Below, piece after piece: positions 8,069-18,639 of a stretch of DNA of 64,000 bases. The stretch is from contig JBJKSD010000001.1 of assembly GCA_046704245.1 (NCBI GenBank), positions 2,993-66,992 on the forward strand, given 5' to 3'. The notes beneath the pieces are model-generated. The model made no database searches. It saw only the letters and a list, made by a program, of their open reading frames with translations, and had not been told where the DNA came from. A program made the position numbers and the translations under genes. Every line of letters starts with the position of its first letter. The stretch's first letter is position 1. The DNA comes from Bacilli bacterium (GTDB lineage Bacteria > Bacillota_I > Bacilli_A > RF39 > UBA660).

Positions 8069-10489
8069 ATGTACAACTTAGGTCAACAATTCTTAGGTGA
8101 TTATAATAATGCTAAGAGTAAACCTAAAGCTATATTTCAAGGTAAGAAATATCGTATTACTATCTTATCAGATAGACTTATTCGCCTTGAATATAACCCT
8201 AAAGGGATATTTGAAGATAGACCTACCCAGTTAGCGTTGTTTAGAAATTTTGATGTCCCTAATATGAATGTACGTCAAGATGATCATTTCTTAGAAATCA
8301 CCACTAGTTATTTTAAGTTAGAATATACTAAAGAAAAGCCCTACGATAGTGGGGCTGTATTTGCTGGTAATAACCTTCGTATATCATTATTAAATACTGA
8401 TCGTATATGGTATTACCGCCATCCTGAAATAAGAAATTATTTAGGTTCTCTTATATCATTAGATAATGTTGATAAAAAAGCCGAATTTAAAAAAGGCTTA
8501 TATTCATCTGATGGTTTTGCTTCTATCGATGATTCTGATAATTATATTATTGGACAAGATGGAGTATTAATACCAAGAGAAAATGATAAGATTACTGATG
8601 TCTATGTTTTTATGTATCGTCGTGATTTTGGTTTATGTTTGATGGATTATTTTACTTTAACTGGTAAACCACCATTAATACCTAGATATGCTTTAGGTAA
8701 CTGGTGGAGTAGAGATGTTAAATATAGCGATGAAGATATTAAGATGTTAGTTGATACTTTTGCTCATAATAATTTACCTATTTCCGTTATCTTATTAGAT
8801 AAGGATTGGCATATTAGAAATAGTGGTGAGTATAAAGATTTAGTAACGGGTTTTACATGGAATAAACAATTATTTCCGACTCCTTATGAAACCATTAATT
8901 ATCTACATAGTAAAAAGATTAGAGTAGGTTTAAATATTAATCCTAAAGAAGGTATTTTCCCTCATGAAGATATGTTTTCTAAAGCTACTAGTTATTTAGA
9001 ACATCAAGAAGGAAAACCTATTCCTTTTACCCCATTAAATCCTAAATTTTTAGATGTCTATTTAAAATTAATGATTCATCCTTTAGAGATGTTAGGTGTC
9101 GATTTATTCTGGATCGATTATGATGATATTAAAAAATCATTATTACCATTATGGATCTTAAACCATTATCATTTCTGGGATATGGAAAGAACTGAAAATA
9201 AAAGAGGTATTATTTTATCTAGAAATGCTACTATAGCAGCTCATCGTTATCCTATTTTATATTCTGGTAATACTTTAGTAAGTTGGGATATCTTAAAATT
9301 ATTACCTTATATTAATGCTAGTGCTGCTAATATAGGGGTATCATGGTGGAGTCACGATATCGGTGGTTTTCATGGCGGTATTGAAGATAGTGAACTATAT
9401 ATGCGTTATGTTCAATTAGGAGTTTTTAGTCCTATTATGCGTTTTCATGGTGCTAGAGGTAAATATTATAAAAGAGAACCTTGGTTATGGGATATGAAAA
9501 CTTTAGAAGTAGTTAAGAATTATATGAACTTAAGACATCGTTTAATTCCTTATCTATATGCTGAAGCATATCAATATTACCGAGTTGGTACTCCTTTAAT
9601 TCAACCATTATATTATAAATATCCAAAAGTATATGATGATCCATTTTATAAAAATGAATATTATTTAGGAACAGAACTATTAATAGCTCCTATTATCGAT
9701 AAGAAAGATTTAGTTATGGATAGAGTTGTTCATCGTTTCTTCTTACCAGATGGTATTTGGTATGATTTTAAGACGGGTAAGAAATATCCAGGTAATAAAC
9801 GTTATGTATCATTCTATAAAGATGAAGATTATCCAGTCTTTGCTAAAGGTGGATCGATTATTCCTTTAGCTATTAATGCTAGTGATAATGATGTATCAGT
9901 ACCCAAAGATTTAGAATTAAATATATTTCCTGGTCGATCAAATTTATATAAATTATATGAAGATGATGGTATTAGTACCCTATATAAACAAGGATATTAT
10001 TTAATTACATCAATTGATTATAATTATCGCGAAAGTAATTATACGTTAATTATTAGAGCTATTGAAGGTAAGAGTGGTATTATTCCTGAAAAAAGAAATT
10101 ATCGGATTAAATTTAGAAATACTAAACAAGCTGATGAAGTAATAGTTTACTTTAATGATGATAAGATTAACGCTAAATCATATGTCGATGGCCCTAATTT
10201 TGTTATTGAAGTAAATGATGTACCTACTATTGGACAATTAACTATTAATTGTAAGGGTAAAGATATTGAAATTCATACCTTAAGATATATTAATGAAGAA
10301 ATAGATAGTATTATCTCTGATTTATTAATTGAAACATCATTAAAAGAAGATATAGCTAGTATTTTATTTAGAGAAGACTATACTATTAAAAAGAAAAGAA
10401 TCGAAATACGCAAATTAAGACGTAAAGGATTAAAACCTCTTTTCATTAAATTATTCTTGAAATTACTTGAATATATCGAGCAAATTTAA
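8069..10489 (+). CDS. Glycoside hydrolase family 31 protein (alpha-glucosidase / alpha-xylosidase-like)
   Basis: 806 aa. GH31-like catalytic region GVDLFWIDYDD (a WiDMnE-type nucleophile segment) and HDIGGF (second catalytic region). A beta-rich N-terminal domain is typical of GH31. Confidence 0.55.
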   Translation: MYNLGQQFLGDYNNAKSKPKAIFQGKKYRITILSDRLIRLEYNPKGIFEDRPTQLALFRNFDVPNMNVRQDDHFLEITTSYFKLEYTKEKPYDSGAVFAGNNLRISLLNTDRIWYYRHPEIRNYLGSLISLDNVDKKAEFKKGLYSSDGFASIDDSDNYIIGQDGVLIPRENDKITDVYVFMYRRDFGLCLMDYFTLTGKPPLIPRYALGNWWSRDVKYSDEDIKMLVDTFAHNNLPISVILLDKDWHIRNSGEYKDLVTGFTWNKQLFPTPYETINYLHSKKIRVGLNINPKEGIFPHEDMFSKATSYLEHQEGKPIPFTPLNPKFLDVYLKLMIHPLEMLGVDLFWIDYDDIKKSLLPLWILNHYHFWDMERTENKRGIILSRNATIAAHRYPILYSGNTLVSWDILKLLPYINASAANIGVSWWSHDIGGFHGGIEDSELYMRYVQLGVFSPIMRFHGARGKYYKREPWLWDMKTLEVVKNYMNLRHRLIPYLYAEAYQYYRVGTPLIQPLYYKYPKVYDDPFYKNEYYLGTELLIAPIIDKKDLVMDRVVHRFFLPDGIWYDFKTGKKYPGNKRYVSFYKDEDYPVFAKGGSIIPLAINASDNDVSVPKDLELNIFPGRSNLYKLYEDDGISTLYKQGYYLITSIDYNYRESNYTLIIRAIEGKSGIIPEKRNYRIKFRNTKQADEVIVYFNDDKINAKSYVDGPNFVIEVNDVPTIGQLTINCKGKDIEIHTLRYINEEIDSIISDLLIETSLKEDIASILFREDYTIKKKRIEIRKLRRKGLKPLFIKLFLKLLEYIEQI

Positions 10490-10514
10490 TATACTATTGA
10501 TATATTAAATATAA

Positions 10515-10738
10515 ATACTGCGAGAAAGAGAAGTAACAAAAATTATTAATCATAGCGATTTAGTGATTGGTGGAAACTAAAATTAATATTTTGTGAACTA
10601 GCTTTGGAGTATTATATATGAACTAAAGTAGTATATGACGAGGGTATCGCGTTAAGATAATAAGAGCATAATAGCCATTATTATGAATTAAGGTGGTACC
10701 GCGTATTAACGTCCTTTAGTTTAGGACGTTTTTCTTTT
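10515..10738 (+). promoter_or_regulatory. T-box riboswitch leader with a terminator hairpin; probable Leu specifier (CUA)
   Basis: Conserved T-box sequence aattaaggtggtaccgcg at 10686-10703. It is followed by the terminator GTCCTttagtttAGGAC plus GTTTTTCTTTT at 10707-10738. An upstream stem I carries AGAGA/AGTGA elements. Confidence 0.8.
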
Positions 10739-10754
10739 AATAAGAGGTGTTAAT

Positions 10755-11108
10755 ATGGGATTTATCATTAACTTTATAGCCGTATTTATAATAATATATT
10801 TAGGATATTATTTCTTTATTGTTAGACATATTAAAGAATATAATATTAGAACTTGTCCTAAAGAAATATTATATATTATTAAAATATATAAATTAGATAT
10901 AAATAAAATTAATTTTAAAAAGTTTTTGCGTTTAGTAACCATAACTAATTCATTAATTATGGCCCTAACAGTTACTGTTGTAACAGTCATTGATAATTTA
11001 TATTTAAAATTAATATTAGGTTTTTTCTTATTAATGCCATTAATTATTTTTGGTTATAGTTTAATAGGACGATATTACCGAAGAAAAGGAATGATTAACA
11101 ATGTATAA
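10755..11108 (+). CDS. Small hydrophobic protein (117 aa, 3 predicted transmembrane helices) encoded between the T-box terminator and leuS
   Basis: ORF with a strong ribosome-binding site AGAGGTG 5 nt upstream. Its stop overlaps the leuS start by 8 nt. Confidence 0.4.
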   Translation: MGFIINFIAVFIIIYLGYYFFIVRHIKEYNIRTCPKEILYIIKIYKLDINKINFKKFLRLVTITNSLIMALTVTVVTVIDNLYLKLILGFFLLMPLIIFGYSLIGRYYRRKGMINNV

Positions 11109-13503
11109 TTTTAAAGAGATAGAACAAAAATGGCAACAACATTGGTTAGATAATAATTGTTTTAAAGCTATAACTGGGATCGATAAACCTAAATATTATG
11201 TGTTGATAGAATTCCCATATCCATCAGGTCAAGGTCTCCATATTGGGCATCCTAGAAGTTATACAGCTTTAGATTCTTTAGCTCGAAAAAGACGATTAGA
11301 AGGCTATAATGTTTTATTCCCAATGGGGTGGGATGCTTTTGGATTGCCAGCTGAGAATTATGCTATTCAACATAAAATTCATCCTAGAAAAGCAGTTGTC
11401 GAAAATATTAAAGTATTTAAAGGCCAATTACAAAAATTAGGTCTATCTTTTGATTGGGATAGAGAACTAGCTACTACTGATCCAGAATATTATAAGTGGA
11501 CCCAGTGGCAATTTATTAGATTCTTTAATCACGGTTTGGCGTATAAAGCTAAAGCTACTATTAATTGGTGTGATAAATGTAAGATTGGTCTTGCTAATGA
11601 AGAAGTAGAAGGTGGCAAATGTGAACGCTGTGGTAGTCAAGTAGTTAAAAAAGAAAAAGAACAATGGATGTTAAAGATAACTAGCTATGCTGAAAAATTA
11701 TTAGCCGGATTAGATGAAACTAATTATGTTGATCGTGTTAAATTAGGGCAAATAAATTGGATAGGTAAGAGTGAAGGGGCTGAAGTTACCTTTAGGATAA
11801 AAGATAGTAACGAAACCTTAACAGTCTTTACTACTAGACCAGATACTTTATATGGAGTAACTTTTATGGTTGTAGCTCCAGAACATAATATTATAAATAT
11901 TTTAAAAGATAAAATTACTAATATTGATGAAATAAATACTTATAAAAAAGAAGCAGCTAAAAAGAGTGAATTAGAAAGACTAGAATTAACTAAAGAAAAA
12001 ACAGGGGTTAAATTAGAAGGTATTAAAGCTATCAATCCTATTAATAATGAAGAAATAGATGTTTGGGTAGCTGATTATGTTATGACTAATTATGGTACTG
12101 GTGCCATTATGGGAGTACCTGGTCATGATCAAAGAGATTATGAATTTGCTAAGAAATATAATATTTTAATCATTGAAGTTATTAAAGGTGGAGATATTAA
12201 CAAGGAAGCTTATATCGGTGATGGCGAGATGATTAATTCTGGTATTTTAAATGGTATAAATAATAAAAAAGAATCTATTATTAAAATGATCGATTATCTA
12301 GAGGAAAAAGGTTTAGGTAAAAGAGCTATCAATTATCACTTACAAGATTGGGTTTTCTCAAGACAAAGATTCTGGGGCGAACCAATTCCGATGATCTATT
12401 GTGAAGAGTGCGGATGGGTACCAGTTCCTGATAAAGATTTACCTATTACTTTACCTGATGTACCTAATTATGAACCAACTGATACTGGTGAAAGTCCATT
12501 AGCTAATATTCCTGAATTTGTTAATACAACATGTCCTAAATGTGGTAAACCAGCTAAGAGAGAAACAGATACTATGCCAACATGGGCAGGATCTTCTTGG
12601 TATTGGTTAAGATATATGGATCCTCATAATAAAGATGAGTTTGCATCGAAAGAAGCATTAAATTATTGGGGTAAAGTAGATTGGTATAATGGTGGTATGG
12701 AACATACTACTAGACACTTGTTATATGCTCGTTTCTGGCATCGTTTTCTCTATGATATTAATTTAGTACCTACTAAAGAACCATTTGAAAAAAGAACATC
12801 ACATGGTATGATTTTAGGTGAAAATAATGAAAAGATGAGTAAATCGAGAGGTAATGTTATTAATCCCGATGATATTGTCAATGAATATGGTGCTGATAGT
12901 TTAAGAACATATGAAATGTTTATTGGCGATTATGAAAAAGATGTAGCATGGAGTACTAATGGTTTAAAAGGATGTAGTCGTTTCCTTGATCGAGTATGGA
13001 AGATTCAAGAAAGATTAGTTGAGGGCGATAACTATACTCCAACCTTAGAAAGTTTAATCCATAAAGCAATTAAAAAGATTTCAAATGATATTGAAAATAT
13101 GAAATATAATACAGCTGTATCAGCAGCGATGATCTTATTAAATGCTTTTGAAGAACACGACCATATTACTAAAGCAGATCTAAGAACTTTTCTTATCATA
13201 TTGAATCCAATAGCACCACATATTACTGAAGAAATAAATGATATAAATAAATTGGGTAAACCAATATATGCTTCACAGTGGCCAGTATATGATGAAGATA
13301 AGATAATTGAAGATCAATATGAAATGGTCATTCAAGTTAATGGTAAAGTGCGTTCTCGTTTAATAGTAGATCGTGGTTTAAGTAAAGATGAAATGACTAA
13401 ATTAGCGTTAACTAACGATAGTATTCAAAAATATATTGAAGGATACAATATTATTAAAACAATTGTTGTACCCGATAAGTTAGTTAATATTGTTATCAAA
13501 TAA
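11101..13503 (+). CDS. leuS: Leucine--tRNA ligase
   Basis: 800 aa. HIGH motif (HIGHPRSY), KMSKS motif (KMSKSRGN), and the class I LeuS editing and zinc-binding regions. Confidence 0.95.
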   Translation: MYNFKEIEQKWQQHWLDNNCFKAITGIDKPKYYVLIEFPYPSGQGLHIGHPRSYTALDSLARKRRLEGYNVLFPMGWDAFGLPAENYAIQHKIHPRKAVVENIKVFKGQLQKLGLSFDWDRELATTDPEYYKWTQWQFIRFFNHGLAYKAKATINWCDKCKIGLANEEVEGGKCERCGSQVVKKEKEQWMLKITSYAEKLLAGLDETNYVDRVKLGQINWIGKSEGAEVTFRIKDSNETLTVFTTRPDTLYGVTFMVVAPEHNIINILKDKITNIDEINTYKKEAAKKSELERLELTKEKTGVKLEGIKAINPINNEEIDVWVADYVMTNYGTGAIMGVPGHDQRDYEFAKKYNILIIEVIKGGDINKEAYIGDGEMINSGILNGINNKKESIIKMIDYLEEKGLGKRAINYHLQDWVFSRQRFWGEPIPMIYCEECGWVPVPDKDLPITLPDVPNYEPTDTGESPLANIPEFVNTTCPKCGKPAKRETDTMPTWAGSSWYWLRYMDPHNKDEFASKEALNYWGKVDWYNGGMEHTTRHLLYARFWHRFLYDINLVPTKEPFEKRTSHGMILGENNEKMSKSRGNVINPDDIVNEYGADSLRTYEMFIGDYEKDVAWSTNGLKGCSRFLDRVWKIQERLVEGDNYTPTLESLIHKAIKKISNDIENMKYNTAVSAAMILLNAFEEHDHITKADLRTFLIILNPIAPHITEEINDINKLGKPIYASQWPVYDEDKIIEDQYEMVIQVNGKVRSRLIVDRGLSKDEMTKLALTNDSIQKYIEGYNIIKTIVVPDKLVNIVIK

Positions 13504-13521
13504 AAAGCGGGGAGGGTTTAT

Positions 13522-14019
13522 ATGAAGAAAGTATTAATTATGATGTTTACACTATTATTAGCTACTGGATGTCAAGTAAACAATAACTTGTCAACAGAGA
13601 AAAAGACTTATCAAAATATGATTGATAAATTACAACAAGCTAGTAATAAAAATTTCAATAAACCCGTATCCTATGACATTCATGTTTATATTGATAAGAT
13701 AGTAGAATCAGAAATAATGTATAGTCTTATAATCGATGAGCCAACTGAAAGTATGAACAACATTTCAGCTATCATTATCCATGATTATCCTACTAAAGAT
13801 ATCTTTCCAAGTATTGGTATCTTCGATAATAAAGTTAATTTAATTCCTGATTTTATTGATGTATCTTCTAATTATGTTAAGGGTATAACACTAACTGGTT
13901 ATATACCTTATGAAAAAGATATAACTACTTTTAAAGGAACCTTTAAAGTATTAGTCGAATATGAAGATGAATTAGGTAATAAAATAGATGATTATTATAA
14001 GTACACCATTAGACAATAA
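13522..14019 (+). CDS. Lipoprotein of unknown function
   Basis: Signal peptide plus lipobox LLATGC. GGGGAGGG ribosome-binding site. Confidence 0.5.
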   Translation: MKKVLIMMFTLLLATGCQVNNNLSTEKKTYQNMIDKLQQASNKNFNKPVSYDIHVYIDKIVESEIMYSLIIDEPTESMNNISAIIIHDYPTKDIFPSIGIFDNKVNLIPDFIDVSSNYVKGITLTGYIPYEKDITTFKGTFKVLVEYEDELGNKIDDYYKYTIRQ

Positions 14020-14059
14020 GTAATAAAAAAACCTCATATGATATCTATGAGGTGATAAT

Positions 14060-14233
14060 ATGAAGGTAAAATTATTTGATGAAAACCATGAAAAAGATCT
14101 AGAAAAAGCTATTAATGATTTTTTAGAAGATTTTGATGGTAAAGTAGTCGATATAAAATACCAAGTTAGTATTAGTATCTTTGCTGAAGAACAATTATAT
14201 TGTTTCTCAGCACTGATTCTATATGAGAAATGA
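14060..14233 (+). CDS. cse60: Sporulation protein Cse60-like (57 aa)
   Basis: Not in the ORF track because it is under 60 aa. MKVKLFDENHEKDLEKAINDFLEDFDGKVVDIKYQVSISIFAEEQLYCFSALILYEK closely parallels B. subtilis Cse60 (KLFDEEHEKDLE...IDIKY...YCFSALILY). The GAGGTGA ribosome-binding site is embedded in the upstream terminator stem. Confidence 0.6.
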   Translation: MKVKLFDENHEKDLEKAINDFLEDFDGKVVDIKYQVSISIFAEEQLYCFSALILYEK

Positions 14234-14246
14234 GAAGTGATGTTGT

Positions 14247-15902
14247 ATGAAAAAAAATACCTTTTTACAAGGTACAGTAGTTGCTACTGCTGGTATCGTT
14301 ATTACTAAACTATTAGGCATCTTATATGTTATTCCTTTTTATGCTATTATTGGTGAAAAAGGTGGAGCCTTATATGGATATTCATATAATATCTATGCTA
14401 TCTTTTTAGGTATAGCTTCTGTTGGTTTACCACTAGCGATGAGTAAATTAATTAGTGAATACAATGCTTTAGGATATCATTATTCTAAAGAGAGAGCTTT
14501 CTATTTGGGTAAAAGAATAATTACTTTAATGGGTGTTGGGGCTTTTATTCTATTAATTCTTTTTGCTCCTAATATTGCTTATTTAATTATTGGCAATATT
14601 AAAGGTGGTAATACTTTAGAAGATGTTACGTTTGTTATTAGAATAGTATCGTTAGCTATCTTAATAGTACCCGTCTTAAGTATTTCAAGAGGATATCTAC
14701 AAGGGCATAAATATATTACTCCAACAGCTACTAGCCAAGTAATAGAACAAATCGTCAGAGTAAGTTTTATTATTCTAGGTAGTTATTTAGCATTAAGAGT
14801 TTTCCATTTAGACTTAAGTAGTGCTGTTGGTATAGCTGTCTTTGGAGCTTTTATTGGAGCTTTATCTAGTTATTTATATTTAGTTAATAAAATTAAACAT
14901 AATGATCGCGATCTTAATAGACATGCTGAAGTTACTAGAGAAGAACATCGTCTTACTGATAGGGTTATTATTAAACAGTTATTATTATATGCTGTTCCTT
15001 TTGTTGTAATCGATATATCAAAAAATATATATAATTCAGTCGATATAGTTACTTTAGTTAGAACTTTAGTTAATGGTTTAAACTATGATATAGGTGTAGC
15101 TGAATCAGTTATGAGTATTATATCTACTTGGGGTTATAAATTAAATATGATTATTATGGCTATGGCTACTGGTCTCATTATTAGTTTAATACCTAACCTA
15201 TCTAGTAGTTTTGCTTTAAATAATGTCGAAGATATTAAACGAAAAATAAATCAAGCTTTACAAATCTTAATTTATATAACTATACCTATGACAGTTGGTT
15301 TAAGTTTCTTAGCTCGTCCAATATGGACAACCTTCTATGGTATTAGTGAATGGGGTCCAATTGTCTTTAGTTATTTTGTTTTTGTAGCTTTATTTGGAAC
15401 GCTCTTTAGTATAACTATTGTTATCTTACAATCAGTTAATCGTTATAAATTAGTTTTTACCTGCCTAGGATTAGGTTTATTAACTAAAGCTTCATTAAAT
15501 ATTCCATTAATCTATTCCTTTGAAAAAATGGGTTTATATGGCTTCTATGGAGCTATTACTGCTACTATACTAGGTTATTTAGCAGGTATTGTTGCTGGTT
15601 TAATATACCTAGGTCGTATATACAATATTAATTATGAAAAAACTCTACGCCATCTGTTCAATATTATTTTCATTAATATGATTATGATATTTAGTTTATC
15701 ACTATTAAAATTAATAGTACCAATAACTACTACTAGTCGTCTTTTAGCCTTATCAATTGTTATTTTATACACATTAGTAGGTTCTATTATCTATCTATTA
15801 ATTACTAATAAGATGAAGATATTTGATGATATCTTTGGTCCCCGCTTAAAACATATGGTTTTTCGTAAATTGGGTGAAGTAATCAATAAAAAAATGCCAT
15901 AA
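14247..15902 (+). CDS. spoVB: Stage V sporulation protein B-like / MurJ-Wzx family polysaccharide flippase
   Basis: 551 aa with about 14 transmembrane helices. The N-terminus LQGTVVATAGIVITKLLGILYVIPFYAIIGEKGGALYGYSYNIYAIFL is typical of SpoVB-type MOP exporters. Confidence 0.6.
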   Translation: MKKNTFLQGTVVATAGIVITKLLGILYVIPFYAIIGEKGGALYGYSYNIYAIFLGIASVGLPLAMSKLISEYNALGYHYSKERAFYLGKRIITLMGVGAFILLILFAPNIAYLIIGNIKGGNTLEDVTFVIRIVSLAILIVPVLSISRGYLQGHKYITPTATSQVIEQIVRVSFIILGSYLALRVFHLDLSSAVGIAVFGAFIGALSSYLYLVNKIKHNDRDLNRHAEVTREEHRLTDRVIIKQLLLYAVPFVVIDISKNIYNSVDIVTLVRTLVNGLNYDIGVAESVMSIISTWGYKLNMIIMAMATGLIISLIPNLSSSFALNNVEDIKRKINQALQILIYITIPMTVGLSFLARPIWTTFYGISEWGPIVFSYFVFVALFGTLFSITIVILQSVNRYKLVFTCLGLGLLTKASLNIPLIYSFEKMGLYGFYGAITATILGYLAGIVAGLIYLGRIYNINYEKTLRHLFNIIFINMIMIFSLSLLKLIVPITTTSRLLALSIVILYTLVGSIIYLLITNKMKIFDDIFGPRLKHMVFRKLGEVINKKMP

Positions 15903-15915
15903 GCATTTTTTTAAT

Positions 15916-16191
15916 TTACATCATGTGCATGTTTGAAGGATAAGTACTTTCTGGCATTTCATAACCCGGAGTGGTTGGGTATTGTTGCTCAGGTGAGGGT
16001 GTTTCTTGAAAAGGGGTTTCTAGTCTTGATATTCTAGTTTCTAATCTTGTTAATTGTCGTTCAAGACTTGTCAATCTTTGCATTATTTGGTCTTGTGAAT
16101 AAGGTTCATTTGGATATTGCCCGGTTCCTACATTTAACATAGGTTGGGGATAGTTTGGCATCATACCTGGTTGATAAGATCCATAATTCAT
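15916..16191 (-). CDS. Pro/Gln/Tyr-rich small protein with a central coiled-coil heptad (LTSLERQLTRLETRISRLE); possible spore coat or crust protein
   Basis: An in-frame ATG at 16191-16189 sits 8 nt after an AGGAGG ribosome-binding site. The track ORF starts further upstream without a ribosome-binding site. The composition resembles Pro/Gln-rich coat proteins. Confidence 0.4.
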   Translation of the reverse strand: MNYGSYQPGMMPNYPQPMLNVGTGQYPNEPYSQDQIMQRLTSLERQLTRLETRISRLETPFQETPSPEQQYPTTPGYEMPESTYPSNMHMM

Positions 16192-16393
16192 AATATTCCT
16201 CCTTAAAAATACTGTCAATGTAAGTATATGCAAATACACAGAATTTGGCGCAGGCAAAAGTATAATAAATAATTACTTTGTAGATTTTAGTATTATTTTA
16301 TGATATATTTTAGTTGTAGAGAGTTGTCAACGGATAAGGAAAATTATTTATCTTTTTTCTTATTTCTGATATAATATAACAAGAGTAGGTGTA

Positions 16394-17059
16394 ATGATGA
16401 AAAAGGCACTCGTATTACTACTTTCACTAGTTTTTATAACTGGTTGTCAAATTACAAAATATAATGATGATTTTCATCTAAGTATAGATACCCTTATGAA
16501 TCAAGACCATAAATTACATAATATAACTGGTATGGGATATAGATTTTATTTACCAAGAGATGTTAGATTAGAAAGTAGTGCTGACTATAATAAAATTTTA
16601 TATTCTCAAGGACAGTTTTATTATTTATATGTAGATATAATAAGTTATTATCATAAAGTAAAAGACCCTTATGAAGTACAAAATCAAGCATTTTATTCTA
16701 AAACTTTAAAGTATGATAATAAAGAAGGTTATATTGAAATTAATAAGATAGGACATAAATATTTAGTTGAGATGATGTATAATTATGCTAAAATAGAAGC
16801 ATATATACCTAAGAAGTATCTTAATAAAGTTATCAATGATTTCTGTTATATCTTAACCAGTATAGAATTTAATGATGATGTAATTGAAACTTTAATTGGT
16901 AGTAATGTTCTAGATTTTAATGAAGAAAAATTTAATATCTTTGAACCTACTAGAAAAGAAAAAAACTTTCTATACTATGTTCAGGAATATGATACTTTTA
17001 ATGACAATAACGAACCATCAGATAATGATATTATCGATATTGAAGAACCAATTGAATAG
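16394..17059 (+). CDS. Lipoprotein of unknown function
   Basis: Signal peptide with lipobox FITGCQ. 221 aa. Confidence 0.5.
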   Translation: MMKKALVLLLSLVFITGCQITKYNDDFHLSIDTLMNQDHKLHNITGMGYRFYLPRDVRLESSADYNKILYSQGQFYYLYVDIISYYHKVKDPYEVQNQAFYSKTLKYDNKEGYIEINKIGHKYLVEMMYNYAKIEAYIPKKYLNKVINDFCYILTSIEFNDDVIETLIGSNVLDFNEEKFNIFEPTRKEKNFLYYVQEYDTFNDNNEPSDNDIIDIEEPIE

Positions 17060-17071
17060 TAGATAAGGAAG

Positions 17072-17860
17072 GTGTCTTTCATGAAATTATTTGGTAAAAT
17101 ACGCAACTTATTATTTGAAGAAGTACCAGAAGAAACTAAAAACGATAATGTTAAAGATGAAATAGATATTAAACCTAGTATTGATCTAGAACCAGAAAAA
17201 GAAGATAAAAAAGAAGATAATATGGAAGATATTATCAGCGAAAGGGAGTTATTTAAATCAGAAACAACCTTTAAATTTCCTGTTATCTTTGAAGATGAAG
17301 ATTTTCTAGAAGAAAAAAAGAATAACAAAAATAAGAATGTCTTAGATTTTGAAGCTCTTAAAATTAGAGAAGAACAACAAAAAGATAATAAAGATACTAA
17401 AGTATTATTTAGAGTATCACCAATTATTTCACCTGTGTATGGCATTTTAGATAAGAATTATCGCAAAGAAGATATAACTACTAAAGAAGAAGATGATAAA
17501 ATACCAGTAGTAAAAGAAGGGAAGGTAGACTTTGATATTGTGAGAAAGAAAGCATATGGTACTTTAACTGATGAATTAGAAGAAGAATTAGAGCTAGATG
17601 ATAATAAAGGTATGTTCTTTAATTTAAAAGGAGAAGACCAAGAAGAAAAAGTAGATGATACAAATTTATTGTATGATATGAGTGAAAAAGGGGAAGACTC
17701 AATAGTAGATGATATTACTTTAGGGGCAGCGGAAGATAATTATACTGATTTTGGACTAGAATATAGTGCTGATCGTAAAATAAAAGATGTTGTTGATGAT
17801 ACCGAAGATGATAATTTATTTAATTTAATAGATTCAATGTATGAGGAAAAAGAGGAGTGA
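17072..17860 (+). CDS. Highly acidic low-complexity protein (E/D/K-rich); function unknown
   Basis: 262 aa. AGGAAGG ribosome-binding site. It is immediately followed by the ytxG/ytxH-like gene pair. Confidence 0.45.
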   Translation: MSFMKLFGKIRNLLFEEVPEETKNDNVKDEIDIKPSIDLEPEKEDKKEDNMEDIISERELFKSETTFKFPVIFEDEDFLEEKKNNKNKNVLDFEALKIREEQQKDNKDTKVLFRVSPIISPVYGILDKNYRKEDITTKEEDDKIPVVKEGKVDFDIVRKKAYGTLTDELEEELELDDNKGMFFNLKGEDQEEKVDDTNLLYDMSEKGEDSIVDDITLGAAEDNYTDFGLEYSADRKIKDVVDDTEDDNLFNLIDSMYEEKEE

Positions 17861-17865
17861 TCTAG

Positions 17866-18180
17866 GTGGATATGTTAAATGATGCTTTACCAATTATATT
17901 GTACGTTTTAGGTGCCGTCCTTTTAATAATATTTATTATTATTGGAGTAAAAGTAATCACTACTATGAATAAAATAGATGATGTTGTCAAAGATGTTAAT
18001 CAAAAAGTAGCATCTTTAGACCATTTCTTTAATATAATTGATTTAACAACCGATAAATTATCATTTTTAAGTGATCGTATTGTCGATGGCGTCTCATCAT
18101 TTATTATTAATCTATTTAAGAAGAAGAAAAAGAAGGAAGAAAAAATAGAGGAAAAGGAGGAAGAAGAAATCGATGAGTAA
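17866..18180 (+). CDS. DUF948 / YtxG-like membrane protein
   Basis: N-terminal transmembrane helix and a lysine-rich tail. The start overlaps the previous gene's stop region, and the gene overlaps the downstream gene by 8 nt. Confidence 0.5.
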   Translation: MDMLNDALPIILYVLGAVLLIIFIIIGVKVITTMNKIDDVVKDVNQKVASLDHFFNIIDLTTDKLSFLSDRIVDGVSSFIINLFKKKKKKEEKIEEKEEEEIDE

Positions 18181-18589
18181 AAAAGGTTTTGGAAAGTTTT
18201 TCCTAGGTACTATTATTGGTGCTGGTTTAGGAGTTTTATTTGCACCTAAAAAAGGCAGCGAAACTAGAAAGGAACTAAAAAAGAAAATAGACGATCTATT
18301 AGCTAAAGCTAAAGAAACAGATATTGAAGAAATTAAAGCTACTTTAGAAAAGAAAATAGATGAAATTAGAGAAGAATTAGATGATTTAGATCGTGAAAAA
18401 GTTCTAAAGATTGCTAAAAAGAAAGCTGATGAATTAAAAGATAAGGCTGAAGAATTAGTAGAAGAAGTAATTAAAAAAGGTACACCAGTCTTACAAAAGA
18501 TGGCTGATGAAGTAAAAGAAAAAATAATTGCTGCTTCAAAAGAAATAATCGAAAATTTAGAAAAGAAAGAAAAAGAAGAAGATAAATAA
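18173..18589 (+). CDS. YtxH-like general stress protein
   Basis: MSKKGFGKFFLGTIIGAGLGVLFAPKKGSETRKELKKKIDDL is the characteristic YtxH N-terminus, followed by a charged helical tail. Confidence 0.6.
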   Translation: MSKKGFGKFFLGTIIGAGLGVLFAPKKGSETRKELKKKIDDLLAKAKETDIEEIKATLEKKIDEIREELDDLDREKVLKIAKKKADELKDKAEELVEEVIKKGTPVLQKMADEVKEKIIAASKEIIENLEKKEKEEDK

Positions 18590-18603
18590 TCTTCTTTTTT
18601 TAT

Positions 18604-18632
18604 TTGACTTTTATTAATTATCTTAATATAAT
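18604..18632 (+). promoter_or_regulatory. SigmaA-type promoter; TTGACT, a 17-bp spacer, then TATAAT
   Basis: Perfect consensus hexamers at 18604-18609 and 18627-18632. It lies directly upstream of the tyrS T-box leader. Confidence 0.6.
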
Positions 18633-18639
18633 AGCATTA

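Noticed and set aside
8069-10489. Calling the GH31 enzyme specifically alpha-xylosidase or a sporulation-specific glycosidase.
   Set aside because: Only family-level motifs are visible. Subfamily specificity cannot be read from sequence alone without a profile search.
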